From the NCBI GenBank assembly GCA_965237375.1, contig CBDEFI010000006.1:736610-800609 (forward strand): a stretch of 64,000 nucleotides of DNA, given 5' to 3'. Shown here one piece after another: positions 37,633 through 48,040 of the stretch (position 1 is the stretch's first letter; each line of letters starts with the position of its first letter). The position numbers were made by a program, and so were the translations under genes. Source of the DNA: Acidimicrobiales bacterium. GTDB taxonomy: Bacteria > Actinomycetota > Acidimicrobiia > Acidimicrobiales > CATQHL01. A model generated the notes under the pieces. That model was not told where the DNA came from. It searched no databases and worked only from the letters and a program-made list of their open reading frames with translations.

Positions 37633-39965
37633 CTACAGGTCGAAGGGCACCAGGACCAGGGCGACCGTGGCGTCGCAGTTGCGGAGAACCTGTTCGACGG
37701 TGTGGCCGAGGAAGGGGCGGTCGCGGAGGCGGCGCAGGTTGGCGCCCATGACGACCAGGTCGGCCCCGGTCTCGTCGACGAGTTTCAGCAGCTCGCCGGC
37801 GGTGGAAGTGCCGGTGCGGGTGCGGAGTTCGGGCTCCACGCCCAGGCCGCCGACCAGCTGCGCCGCCTGGCTCAGTACCTGCTGACCGATCCCGGAGGCC
37901 CGAGCCGGCGAGCGGAGCAGGCGTCGGCGAGGCAGGCCGAGGCGAGGCATACCCAGGCGGGACAGTGCCTGCGCACCCACACTCAGACCGGCACTCAAAC
38001 CCGCTCCCAAGCCGCCGCCTCGGCCCGCGTCGGCGGCGTCGGGGTCGGCGTCATCACCATCGGCGCCCTCGACCGGTGGTCGCGACGGGCTTGAGCCCAG
38101 GGTGGACAGGCGCCGCAGTCCCGCCATCGGGTCCGATGACTGCACGACGTGGGCGAGGATCATCTGCGTGCCCAGTTGCTGGCTGAGGTTGGCCGCCACC
38201 TCCGCGGCCGCCCGGCTGGACGGGCTACCCGAGGCGGGCACCAGCGCCCGGGCGAACGCCCCCGGCAGGGGTCGCTCGAGGTTGCGGGCCCGGCGCACCA
38301 CCACCACCGGGATGGGGCTCACCCGCAGCACCTCGTCCACCAGCGGGGAGATGACCTGGTCGATCTCCTCGGAGTTCTCCACGCCCATGCCGATGGCCCC
38401 GTAACCCAGGGCCGCCTCCTTGGCGAGGGCCTTCACCACGTCGCCCGAACGCACACGCCGGAAGTCCACCTCGCGCTCGAACAGCACGTTCTCCAGCGGC
38501 TCGAAGTCGAACTCCATCCGCCGCCCGGCGGCCGTGAAGATCGTCACCTTCGCCTCCGGTGGCCAGGAGTAGTTCATGAGCTGGGCCGCCGCGATGGAAG
38601 CCGGCCCGCCCCGGCTGGGGATCAGCAGGCGGGAGGTGCGCACCACGAGGTTCTGGCTCAGCGCCTCCTCCCGTTCCAGCCGCTTGATCTCCGCTGCGTC
38701 GCCGCGCCAGTTGAAGACCACGACCCGCAGGGCGATCGAGGCGAAGAGCGACGTCACCAGCGGCACCAGCACGATGATGGTGAACGACGCCGTGTTGAAC
38801 ACGCCCAGGCTGAGGCCCACCGACGCGATGACGATCTCCAGCGTGCCGCGGGCGTTGAGCCCGGCCCCGAGCGCGAGGCCGGCCCGATGGCTGCGGCCGG
38901 CCAGCCGTGCGCCGCCGTAGGCCCCACCGAACTTGGCCACGATCGCCACCGCAACGATGACGATGGCCCACGTGAGGGTGGTCCGGTCCTCCAACACCCG
39001 CAGGTTCACCTGCAGGCCGGCCGTTGCGAAGAACACCGGCGCGAAGAACGACGAGGTGAGCCGCCCGATGTACCCCTCAAGGTGCTCGTCCACGAAGCGG
39101 GAGCGATGCAGCACCACGCCCGCCACGAACGCCCCCAGCACCGCCTCCACCCCGAGGCGCTGCGTCACCACGCCGAAGGCCAGCATCGTGACCACCGCCA
39201 CGGTGACCGCCGCGCCGACGGAGTCGCTGCTGCGGCGCGTGCGACGCAACCAGCGGTCCACCAACCACTGCCCAACTGTCAGAGCCAACGCCAGGAACGC
39301 CAGCAGACCGCCCACGGAGATCAACACGTCGACCGCCGAGACACCCCCCGAGGCGGCCAGACCGGTGAACACACCAGCAGCAGCCAGCCGACGATGTCGT
39401 TGGCCATGCCCACCGCCACGGTGATCTGGCCGAAGTCGCGGCGCATCAGGCCCAGGTCGGAGAGGATCTTGGCCACCACCGCCAGCGACGACACGCTCAC
39501 CGCCAGCGCCACGAAGAGCAGGAACGTGCTGCGCTTGGCCCCCTCGCCCAGGAACTCCCCGGGGATCAGCGCGCCCACGACGCTGCCCGCCGCCGCAGGC
39601 ACGAGCAGGCTCCCGAGCGCCACCAGCATGGCCGGGCGGCCCAGCTTGGTGATGAGGCCCAGGTCGGTCTCGAACCCCGCCACGACCAGCAGCAGGGCCA
39701 CGCCGATCCAACTCACCGTCAGCAGCGCGGCCGCCTGCTCGCCGCCGGCGGGCAGGAACCACTCGAACTCCTCGGGCCAGAACCGCCCGAACACCGACGG
39801 GCCGAGCACCACGCCCGCCCCCAACTCGCCGATGACCCGCGGCAGGCCGAGTTGGAGCATCATCCAGCCGAGGGTGCGCGCCCCCACCACCAGGGCGAGG
39901 ATCTGCACCCAGAAGACCAGCAGGTCGTACTCGGCGTGAGCCAGATCAGCAGCCGCCATCACCAT
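37633..39965 (-). pseudogene. Cation:proton antiporter with C-terminal universal-stress domains, single frameshift near 39375
   Basis: GELGAGVVLGPS...NDIVGWLLL in one frame, GVFTG...FFAPVFFATAGL...LNARG...DLVVMGA...FLGHTVEQV in another; one G missing at CTG/GGT. Confidence 0.85.
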
Positions 39966-39996
39966 CGCTCACCCACCGAGTGTGGCTCAGGCGTCT

Positions 39997-40134
39997 GCTG
40001 GATAGCCCATCTGCAGCGCAGGGTCGGATCGCTCGGCAGTGGATTCCGGCCTCCGCCGGAATGACGGAAAAGGTGGGCGGGGGAATGACGGAAAAGGTGG
40101 GCGGGGGAATGACGGGAAAGGTGGGCGGGGGAAC
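39997..40134 (-). repeat. REP/MITE-like element copy 2 plus three 24-bp tandem units
   Basis: Minus strand GTCATTCCGGCGGAGGCCGGAATCCACTGCC; plus-strand GGAATGACGGAAAAGGTGGGCGGG-type units at 40058, 40082, 40106. Confidence 0.85.
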
Positions 40135-40158
40135 GCCGCAGCACTCTTGCGGACGGGC

Positions 40159-40935
40159 TCACAGGTCGAAGTCCACGACGACGGGGGCGTGGTCGGAGGG
40201 TTTGGTGCCCTTGCGAGCGTTGCGGTCGACGATGATGCCCCCGGCTCGCGCCGCCAGCGGCGCCGTGGCCATGATGTGATCGATACGCATCCCCTGGCGC
40301 TTGTGGAAGCGGCCGGCCTGGTAGTCCCAGAACGTGTAGAGGCCGTCGATGTCGGGGTAGCGGTCACGGAACACGTCGACGAGACCCCAGTCGCACAGCG
40401 CCCGCCAGGCGGCGCGCTCGGGTTCGGTGACGTGCGTGGCGCCGGCGAAGGCGCCGACGTCCCAGACGTCGCGGTCCTCCACCGCCACATTGAAATCGCC
40501 CGCCACCACCACGGCGCCGGCCGGGTCGCAGACCGCCTCGAGATGGGCGCGCAGACGCCCGAACCAGGCCAGCTTGTAGCGGTAGTGCTCGTGGTCGGGC
40601 TCGCGGCCGTTGGGCACGTACACGCTGGCCACCCGCACGCCACCGCAGGTGGCCCACAGCACCCGGGCGTCGCGGTCCGCACCGGCCCCGTCGGCGAACC
40701 CGGCGGCCACGTCATCGAGCCCCAGCCGGCTGCAGACGGCCACCCCGTTCCAGCGCCCCTCACCGTGGTGGGCGCACTCGTAGCCGAGCGCCTCGAAGAC
40801 GGCGTGGGGGAAGTCGGCCTCGGCCATCTTCGTCTCCTGCATACACACCACATCGGGCTCGACCGCCGCCAGCCAGGGCTCGACGCGGTCGAGGCGCGCC
40901 CGCAGCGAGTTCACGTTCCACGTCACCAGGCGCAC
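40159..40935 (-). CDS. xth: Exodeoxyribonuclease III / AP endonuclease
   Basis: TWNVNS, QETK, WNGVA, YVPNG, GDFNVA, RIDH, SDHAP. Confidence 0.95.
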   Translation of the reverse strand: MRLVTWNVNSLRARLDRVEPWLAAVEPDVVCMQETKMAEADFPHAVFEALGYECAHHGEGRWNGVAVCSRLGLDDVAAGFADGAGADRDARVLWATCGGVRVASVYVPNGREPDHEHYRYKLAWFGRLRAHLEAVCDPAGAVVVAGDFNVAVEDRDVWDVGAFAGATHVTEPERAAWRALCDWGLVDVFRDRYPDIDGLYTFWDYQAGRFHKRQGMRIDHIMATAPLAARAGGIIVDRNARKGTKPSDHAPVVVDFDL

Positions 40936-40976
40936 GCGGGAAGACTAGCGGAGCAGCCGAATCTACAATCCCGACC

Positions 40977-43900
40977 ATGGCCGACCCCCCGCCCCGTCCC
41001 ACGGAGTCGCCCAGCGGCCAAAACGCCTGGCTGATCGAGGAGATGTACGAGCGGTACCGGGCCGACCCCGAAGCGGTCAGCGCCGGCTGGCAGGACTTCT
41101 TCGCCGACTACCACTCGCACCGCCCCGAGACCGCGCCCCCCGAGCATGCACCCCCGCCGCCGGCCGGCGCGGCCCCCGCCGCCAAGGTCCCCGAGACCCC
41201 CGCCCCCGCCACCGAGGCCGTCGAGTCCGAGGTGCTGCGCGGGCCGAGCGCCCGCCTCGCCGCCAACATGGAGGCCAGCCTGGCCGTGCCGACGGCGACG
41301 AGCTTCCGGGAGATCCCCGCCAAGCTGCTGGACATCAACCGCCTGGTCATCAACGGCCACCTGGGGCGCACACGCGGCGCAAGGGTCAGCTACACCCACC
41401 TCATCGCCTACGCCGTGGTGCGCGCCGTGGCCGACCACCTGCCCGAGATGAACTCGTCGTACGCCTCCGGTCCCGCCGGGAAGCCCCACGTCGTGCGCCA
41501 CCGGCACGTGGGGCTCGGCCTGGCCATCGACCACGTGCGCTCCGACGGGTCGCGCACCCTTCTGGTGCCGTGCCTGCGCCAGGCGGAGACGCTGGACTTC
41601 GAGAAGTTCATCGAGGCCTACGACGAACTCGTGCGGCGCACCCGCAGCAACCGCCTGACGGCCGACGACTTCGCCGGCACGACGGTCACACTCACCAACC
41701 CGGGCATGATCGGCACCCGCTGGTCGGTCCCCCGACTCATGACCGGCCAGGGGCTGATCGTGGGTGTGGGCGCCATCGACTATCCGGCCGCGTTCGGCGG
41801 CGCCGACCCCCAGTCCCTCGCCGGTTGGGGCCTCTCCAAGACGGTCGTGCTCTCGTCCACGTACGACCACCGCATCATCCAGGGCGCCCAGTCGGGGGAC
41901 TTCCTGGCGACGGTGCACGACCTGCTCATGGGCGGGCACGACTTCTACGGAGACGTCTTTCGCGACCTCGGCGTGCCCTACAAGGAGGTCGAGTGGCACC
42001 GCGACGTGATGGGGACGGACTCCGCCGCGGCCATGACCGAGAAGCAGTCCCAGGTGGACGCCCTCATCGCCAATCACCGTGACCGGGGCCACCTGATCGC
42101 CGATCTGGACCCGCTGGCACTCAAGGAGCCGGACCTGCACGCCGACCTGGACCCGGCCAGCCACGGTCTCACCATCTGGGACCTCGACCGGGAGTTCCTC
42201 GTCGGCGGTCCCGGCGGTCTCGGCGCCGCGGCAGGCGGGCGGGAGCGGCTCCCGCTGCGGGAGATCCTGGGCATCCTGCGCGACGCCTACTGCCGAACCG
42301 TCGGCGTGGACTACACGCACATCCTGGACCCCGACGAGAAACGCTGGCTCCAGGAGCAAGTGGAGGCCCCCCGGGTCGCCCCGAGCAGCGAGGAGAAGAG
42401 GCTCATCCTCGACAGGTTGAACGCGGCGGACGCCCTGGAGAGCTTCCTGGATGCCCGCTACGTCGGCCAGAAGCGGTTCGGGATCGAGGGAGCCGAGAGC
42501 GTCCTGCCCACTCTGGAGGCCATCCTGGATGAGGCCGCCGACGCCCGGGTGCGCTCGGTGGTGATCGGCATGGCCCACCGAGGCCGTCTGAACGTGCTGG
42601 TCAACATCATGGGCAAGACGTACGGGCAGCTCTTCCGGGAGTTCGAAGGCGCCATCGACCCCGACGACGTGCAGGGCTCGGGAGACGTCAAGTACCACCT
42701 CGGCATGAGCGGGCAGTACACGAGCCGCAACGGCAACCCGCTCACGGTGGACTTGGCGGCCAACCCTTCGCACCTCGAGGCGGTCGGCCCAGTGGTGGTG
42801 GGCATGGTGAAGGCTCGCCAGGACAGCCTGGCGCTGGAGGCCGCCGGCAACGACGCGGAGGCCGCGGCCGATGAGCCCGACCGGGCAGAAGCCGGGGCGG
42901 CGCCCGACCGGGCAGAAGCCGGGCCGGCGGCCGACCAGCCCGACCGGGCGGGCGCAGTTGCCGGCGGGTCCAGTGGCCACGCGTTGGCGCTGCTCGTGCA
43001 CGGCGACGCCGCCTTTGCCGGCCAGGGTGTGGTGACCGAGACGCTCAACATGTCCCAACTGGATGGCTACTCGGTGGGCGGCACCATCCATCTGGTCATC
43101 AACAACCAGGTGGGCTTCACCGCCGCGGCCTCGGCGGGCCGTTCCAGCACCTACCCCACCGACGTGGCACGCATGGTGCAGGCGCCGATCCTGCACGTCA
43201 ACGGCGACGACCCCGAGGCGTGCGTACGCGTCGCCCGGTTGGCGTTCCGCTACCGGCAGACCTACGGCAAGGACGTGGTGATCGACCTGTGGTGCTACCG
43301 CCGCCACGGACACAACGAGGGCGACGACCCCAGCATCACCGCACCGCTGATGTACCGGCGCATCGCCGAGCACCGGTCGGTACGCAAGCTCTACCTCGAA
43401 CGCCTCGTGCGGCAGAACGAGATCAGCCTCACCGCCGCCACCGAGGCGCTCGACGGCTTCGAATCCAGGCTGCACGAGGCGCTGGAGGACGCTCGGGCGA
43501 AACTACCGGCCGCCGGTGTCATGGCCCTGCCGCCGGAGCCGGCACACGGCACGCTGCCCCACGTCGACACGGCCGTCCCTTCCGCCGCTCTCGGCGCCGT
43601 CTACGACGCACTTGCCACAACGCCCGACGGTTTCACCGTGCACCCCCGGCTGGTCAGGCAACGCCGGACACGCGACGACATGTTCGCCGCCCGTCAGGTG
43701 GACTGGGCGCTGGCCGAGGCACTGGCCTTCGGTTCGCTCCTGGCCGAAGGGGTCTCGGTGCGTCTGTCGGGCCAGGACTCCCGGCGGGGAACGTTCTCCC
43801 AGCGCCACACGACCCTCGTGGACCACGCCACCGGCGCCGAACACACCCCGCTGACGGTACTGTGCGGACCGACGAACCGCCTGTGGGCCTACGACTCGCT

Positions 43901-44741
43901 GCTGTCGGAGTACGCCGCCCTGGGCTTCGAGTACGGCTTCTCGCTGGACTGCCCCGAGACGCTGGTGATCTGGGAGGCGCAGTTCGGCGACTTCGCCAAC
44001 GGGGCGCAGATCATCATCGACCAGTTCCTCGTGGCGTCGGAGGACAAGTGGGGCCAGCGCAGCGGGCTGGTGCTGCTCCTGCCGCACGGGCTCGAGGGAC
44101 AGGGGCCCGAGCACTCGTCCGCCCGCATCGAGCGCTTCCTGATACTTGCCGCCGAGGACAACATGACGCTCGCCCAGCCCACCACGGCGGCGCAGTACTT
44201 CCACCTGCTGCGGCGCCAGGCGCTGTGGGACCTGCGCCGCCCGCTGGTGGTGTTCACCCCCAAGTCGCTGCTACGCGCCCGGGCCGCCCGTTCGGCATCG
44301 GCAGAGTTGTCGGAGGGGTCGTTCCGCGTGGTGCTGGACGACCCCGCGCCGCCGCAGAACCCGCAGCGGGTGGTGCTGTGCAGTGGCAAGGTTGGTCACG
44401 ACGCCCTGGCCAAGCGCGATGCCTCGGAGTCGCCGGCGGCCGTGGTGCGCGTCGAGCAGCTCTACCCGTGGCCGCGCCAGGAGATCGCCGCGGTGCTGAC
44501 CCACTACCCCGACGCCGGAGAGCTCGTGTGGCTGCAGGAGGAGCCGCGCAACATGGGGGCATGGAACTTCGTGCGCCCCCACCTGCAGGAGGCGATCGAC
44601 GGTGCCCGGCCACGTTGCGTCAGCCGCCCCGAATCGTCCAGCCCGGCCACCGGGTCGAGAAGCATCCACACCCAGGAGCAGACGCAACTCCTCAACGCAG
44701 CGTTCGCCTCACTCGACAGCATCGACATGCTGATGGCCTGA
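40977..44741 (+). CDS. kgd: Multifunctional 2-oxoglutarate decarboxylase/dehydrogenase (KGD)
   Basis: E2-like STYDHRIIQGA, then GMAHRGRLN, GDVKYHLG, HGDAAFAGQG, GQDSRRGTF, WEAQFGDF, GPEHSS. Confidence 0.96.
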   Translation: MADPPPRPTESPSGQNAWLIEEMYERYRADPEAVSAGWQDFFADYHSHRPETAPPEHAPPPPAGAAPAAKVPETPAPATEAVESEVLRGPSARLAANMEASLAVPTATSFREIPAKLLDINRLVINGHLGRTRGARVSYTHLIAYAVVRAVADHLPEMNSSYASGPAGKPHVVRHRHVGLGLAIDHVRSDGSRTLLVPCLRQAETLDFEKFIEAYDELVRRTRSNRLTADDFAGTTVTLTNPGMIGTRWSVPRLMTGQGLIVGVGAIDYPAAFGGADPQSLAGWGLSKTVVLSSTYDHRIIQGAQSGDFLATVHDLLMGGHDFYGDVFRDLGVPYKEVEWHRDVMGTDSAAAMTEKQSQVDALIANHRDRGHLIADLDPLALKEPDLHADLDPASHGLTIWDLDREFLVGGPGGLGAAAGGRERLPLREILGILRDAYCRTVGVDYTHILDPDEKRWLQEQVEAPRVAPSSEEKRLILDRLNAADALESFLDARYVGQKRFGIEGAESVLPTLEAILDEAADARVRSVVIGMAHRGRLNVLVNIMGKTYGQLFREFEGAIDPDDVQGSGDVKYHLGMSGQYTSRNGNPLTVDLAANPSHLEAVGPVVVGMVKARQDSLALEAAGNDAEAAADEPDRAEAGAAPDRAEAGPAADQPDRAGAVAGGSSGHALALLVHGDAAFAGQGVVTETLNMSQLDGYSVGGTIHLVINNQVGFTAAASAGRSSTYPTDVARMVQAPILHVNGDDPEACVRVARLAFRYRQTYGKDVVIDLWCYRRHGHNEGDDPSITAPLMYRRIAEHRSVRKLYLERLVRQNEISLTAATEALDGFESRLHEALEDARAKLPAAGVMALPPEPAHGTLPHVDTAVPSAALGAVYDALATTPDGFTVHPRLVRQRRTRDDMFAARQVDWALAEALAFGSLLAEGVSVRLSGQDSRRGTFSQRHTTLVDHATGAEHTPLTVLCGPTNRLWAYDSLLSEYAALGFEYGFSLDCPETLVIWEAQFGDFANGAQIIIDQFLVASEDKWGQRSGLVLLLPHGLEGQGPEHSSARIERFLILAAEDNMTLAQPTTAAQYFHLLRRQALWDLRRPLVVFTPKSLLRARAARSASAELSEGSFRVVLDDPAPPQNPQRVVLCSGKVGHDALAKRDASESPAAVVRVEQLYPWPRQEIAAVLTHYPDAGELVWLQEEPRNMGAWNFVRPHLQEAIDGARPRCVSRPESSSPATGSRSIHTQEQTQLLNAAFASLDSIDMLMA

Positions 44742-44763
44742 GCGGCCGCCACCGACGCCCGGT

Positions 44764-46068
44764 TCAGCCGGGGGTTCGGGTGGCTCGGAGGGGGAGTTCG
44801 GTGAGACCTCGGAAGGCGATGTTGGGGTGCCAACGGTCTTCGAATGTGTCCGCCACCTGCAGATCGTCGAAACGGTCGAGCAGTGTCTGGAAGGCGATGC
44901 GGCCCTCGAGGCGGGCCAGGGCGGCGCCGATGCAGAAGTGGGGCCCGCCACCGAAGCTCATGTGGAAGACATCGGGGCGGGTGACGTCCAAGTCGTCGGG
45001 CCTGTCCCACTGCTCAGGGTCGCGGTTGGCCGAGCCCAGGAAAGCCGTCACGGCCGACCCTGCGGGAATTTCCCTTCCCCCCAGCACGATGTCGCTCATG
45101 ACGATCCGGCGCACCCGCTGCACCGGGCTGTCGAAGCGCAGCAACTCCTCCACCGCACCCGGCAGCAACTCGGGGCGGCGGCGCAGGAGATCCAGCTGAT
45201 CGGGGTGGCGCAGCAGGGCCAGCGTGCCGTTACCGATGAGGTTGGTGGTGGTCTCGTGGCCGGCGAAGAGCAGGTTGATGGACGTGGCGACCAACTCGTC
45301 CTCGGTGAGCCGTTCACCCTCGTCCACGGCCGCCACCAGATCGCTGAGCAGATCGTCACGGGGCCGGCGCCGGCGCTCGGCGACGAGCCCGCGGAGGTAG
45401 GCCCGAAAGTCCGCCAGGGCACCGTCGAGGACACGGGCAAGGTCGGCCTGGGCGACCGTCGACCCGGTGTAGGCCACGACGGCATGCGACCACCGCTTGA
45501 GGTCGGCGTGGTCGTCGTCGTCCACGCCGTAGAGCGCGCCGATCACCGCCACCGGTAGGGGGTAGGCGAGGGTGGCGATCAGGTCGAACTCGACGTCCCC
45601 GTCGCCGTCGCCAAGGTCGTCCAGCAGTCGCTCGGCGATGGCGACCACCCGGCCCTCCAGCGTCGCCACGCGCCGGGGGGTGAACGCCTTCGACAGCAAT
45701 CGGCGCAGGCGGGTGTGCACCGGCGGGTCGGTCGTGGAGATGTTCACCGTCCGGAAGTGGTCGATGACGGTGGGGATCTCGGGGCGCAGATCGGACGGCA
45801 GTTGGCTGAGGAAGAAGCTGTCCCAGCCGACGCTGGAGAAGATCTCCCAGTTGCGGGCCACCTCGGTGACAAGTTCGCCCCGAGTGACGAGCCACTGCCC
45901 GAAGTAGGGGCTCCAGTAGACGGGTGCCTCGGCGCGCAGGCGGGTGTAGACGGGGTACGGATCGCTGGTGAACGAGGGTGGCCGGAGAGTCTCCTCGACA
46001 GCCTCGTCGCCGTCCGGCAACGAACGGGGGGCCAGGTCGGGAGGACCGATGACGGTCGCCGAGGTCAT
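44764..46068 (-). CDS. Cytochrome P450
   Basis: DPPVHTRLR, AGHETT, EELLRF, SANRDP, FGGGPHFCIG. Confidence 0.95.
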   Translation of the reverse strand: MTSATVIGPPDLAPRSLPDGDEAVEETLRPPSFTSDPYPVYTRLRAEAPVYWSPYFGQWLVTRGELVTEVARNWEIFSSVGWDSFFLSQLPSDLRPEIPTVIDHFRTVNISTTDPPVHTRLRRLLSKAFTPRRVATLEGRVVAIAERLLDDLGDGDGDVEFDLIATLAYPLPVAVIGALYGVDDDDHADLKRWSHAVVAYTGSTVAQADLARVLDGALADFRAYLRGLVAERRRRPRDDLLSDLVAAVDEGERLTEDELVATSINLLFAGHETTTNLIGNGTLALLRHPDQLDLLRRRPELLPGAVEELLRFDSPVQRVRRIVMSDIVLGGREIPAGSAVTAFLGSANRDPEQWDRPDDLDVTRPDVFHMSFGGGPHFCIGAALARLEGRIAFQTLLDRFDDLQVADTFEDRWHPNIAFRGLTELPLRATRTPG

Positions 46069-46318
46069 CGGCTCAGAGTAGTGCAGGCCCGACGTGCAGC
46101 CTCAGCCCGCAACGGCTTCGGCGAGGACCGGTGTCAACCCAGCACAGCCCCAGCCAGGAACGACCACGTTCCGAGGCGCCACAGTCGCGGGACGGTGGCG
46201 ATCCCGAACAAGTGCAGCCCGAGATCCCCCGCAGCACGGGGCGATGCCAGCCGGGACCGACCCGGCCAGGGACCGTCGCAGCCGGAGACGGTGGTCGGGC
46301 GTCGGTACGATGCGGTGC

Positions 46319-47893
46319 GTGGGTCGCCTTCCCGAGATGATCGCCGCCTCGGCCGGCGCCCTCTCCCGTGCCACCGGGCGGGGCGGCGGCACGAGCTTGC
46401 CGGGGATGGTGCTGAACCGGCTGGAACCGGGTGCGCTCGCCCGGCTGGGCGGGGGCCTTGGCGGCAGCGCGGTGTACATCTCGGCCACCAACGGCAAGAC
46501 CACCACGGCAAGGCTGCTGAGCGCCTGCCTGCGCGCCGACGGCCGTGACGTGACGGCCAACCCCGCCGGCGCCAACCTGGCGAGCGGAGTCACTGCCGCC
46601 CTGCTCGCCAGGCAGCGGCGTCGGCGCGCCACCGAGCGAGCCCGCATCCGCAGACGCGGCAGCGCCGACGGAGAGATGACAGGCTGCGGCGGCATCGGCG
46701 TCTTCGAGGTCGACGAGGGCGCCCTCGGTCAAGTCGCCGGGGCACTGCAACCCAGGGCCCTGGTGCTCATGAACCTGTTCCGGGACCAACTCGACCGCTA
46801 CGGCGAGTTGGAGGCCATCGCCGAGCGCTGGGGCGATCTGGCCCGCAGCCTGGGCCCGGCCACCACCCTGGTGCTCAACGCCGACGACCCGGCGCTGGCG
46901 CACCTCGGCGTCGGCCGCACCCCCGAGCCCATGTTCCAGCCGTACTGGCCGGAGGCGGCGCCGGAAAGCATCGGCGCAGACCCCGTTGACTCACCAATGT
47001 CAGTGTTCTCCTGGCAGTCGCCGTCGCTGCGGCGCATCGGCGCCGACCCCCCGAACGTGGTGCTGTTCGGCATCGACGACCCGGGCGTGGGGCGCCCCGG
47101 CCTGCCCCACGCCGCCGACACGGTGCGCTGCGGCAACTGCGGCAACCCGCTCAGTCACGACTTGGTGACCGTGGGGCACCTGGGGCACTGGCGCTGCGAG
47201 AGTTGCGGGCTGCGGCGGCCCCAACCCCACATCAGCGCCCGCCGCGTGCGACTCGACGGCCTCGACCGCCTGGAGCTGACGATCGCCGGGGCCGACGGGC
47301 CCGGCGGCGCCGACCTTGAACTCAGCGCCGGGCTGGGGGGCCTGCACAACGCCTACAACGTGACCGCGGCGGTGGCGGCAGCCGCCGTCCTGGGGGCGCC
47401 CCCCGAGGCCGTGCGGGCGGGCATCGCCGGCGTGCAAGCGGCGTTCGGTCGTGCCGAGCAGGTGAGCCTCGACGGGCGCACGCTGCGGCTGCTGTTGGCC
47501 AAGAACCCCACGGGCGCCAACGAGAACATCCGCTGCGTGCTGGCCGAGCCCGCACCGCTGCACCTGCTGGTGGTGCTCAACGACCGCACCGCCGACGGGC
47601 GTGACCCATCGTGGATATGGGACGTGGACTACGAGCCTCTCTGGGGCCGCATCGGCAGCGTGACCCTGGCGGGCGACCGATGCTGGGAACTGGCGCTGCG
47701 GTTCTCCTACGGCGGGCTGGACTCCGAGCGGCTCGACGTTCGGGAGAGCCTGCCCGACGCTCTCGACGCCGCCGTGGCCGCCACCCCGCCGGGCGGCGTG
47801 CTGTACGCGCTCCCCACCTACACCGCCCTGCTGGACCTGCGGGCCGAATTGGTGCGCCGCGGCGCCACCCACGACTTCTGGCGCGAAACGTGA
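46319..47893 (+). CDS. murT: MurT, lipid II isoglutaminyl synthase ligase subunit
   Basis: GTSLPG, TNGKTTT, EVDE, NLFRDQLDRYGE, CxxC...CxxC, KNPTG, DGRDPSWIWD, TYTA; GTG 7 nt after TACGAT. Confidence 0.9.
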   Translation: MGRLPEMIAASAGALSRATGRGGGTSLPGMVLNRLEPGALARLGGGLGGSAVYISATNGKTTTARLLSACLRADGRDVTANPAGANLASGVTAALLARQRRRRATERARIRRRGSADGEMTGCGGIGVFEVDEGALGQVAGALQPRALVLMNLFRDQLDRYGELEAIAERWGDLARSLGPATTLVLNADDPALAHLGVGRTPEPMFQPYWPEAAPESIGADPVDSPMSVFSWQSPSLRRIGADPPNVVLFGIDDPGVGRPGLPHAADTVRCGNCGNPLSHDLVTVGHLGHWRCESCGLRRPQPHISARRVRLDGLDRLELTIAGADGPGGADLELSAGLGGLHNAYNVTAAVAAAAVLGAPPEAVRAGIAGVQAAFGRAEQVSLDGRTLRLLLAKNPTGANENIRCVLAEPAPLHLLVVLNDRTADGRDPSWIWDVDYEPLWGRIGSVTLAGDRCWELALRFSYGGLDSERLDVRESLPDALDAAVAATPPGGVLYALPTYTALLDLRAELVRRGATHDFWRET

Positions 47894-48040
47894 GCACGCC
47901 CACCGTCCGGCTCTGCCACCTCTACCCGCGGGACCTGGACCCGCGGGCGGAGCTGGTACGCCGCGGCGTCACCACCCATGACCTCGGGCGCGAAACGTGA
48001 ACACCCCCACCGTCAGGCTCTGCCACCTTTACCCGCGGGA
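47831..48040 (+). repeat. Tandem duplication (~107 bp period) of the murT/gatD junction
   Basis: Two diverged copies of CTGGAC...GCGCGAAACGTGA...CTCTGCCACCT.TACCCGCGGGA. Confidence 0.9.

Noticed and set aside
46080-46300. Possible ncRNA or N-terminal extension of murT
   Set aside because: Only faint degenerate repeats; promoters at both ends explain the starts and no known RNA motif was recognised.
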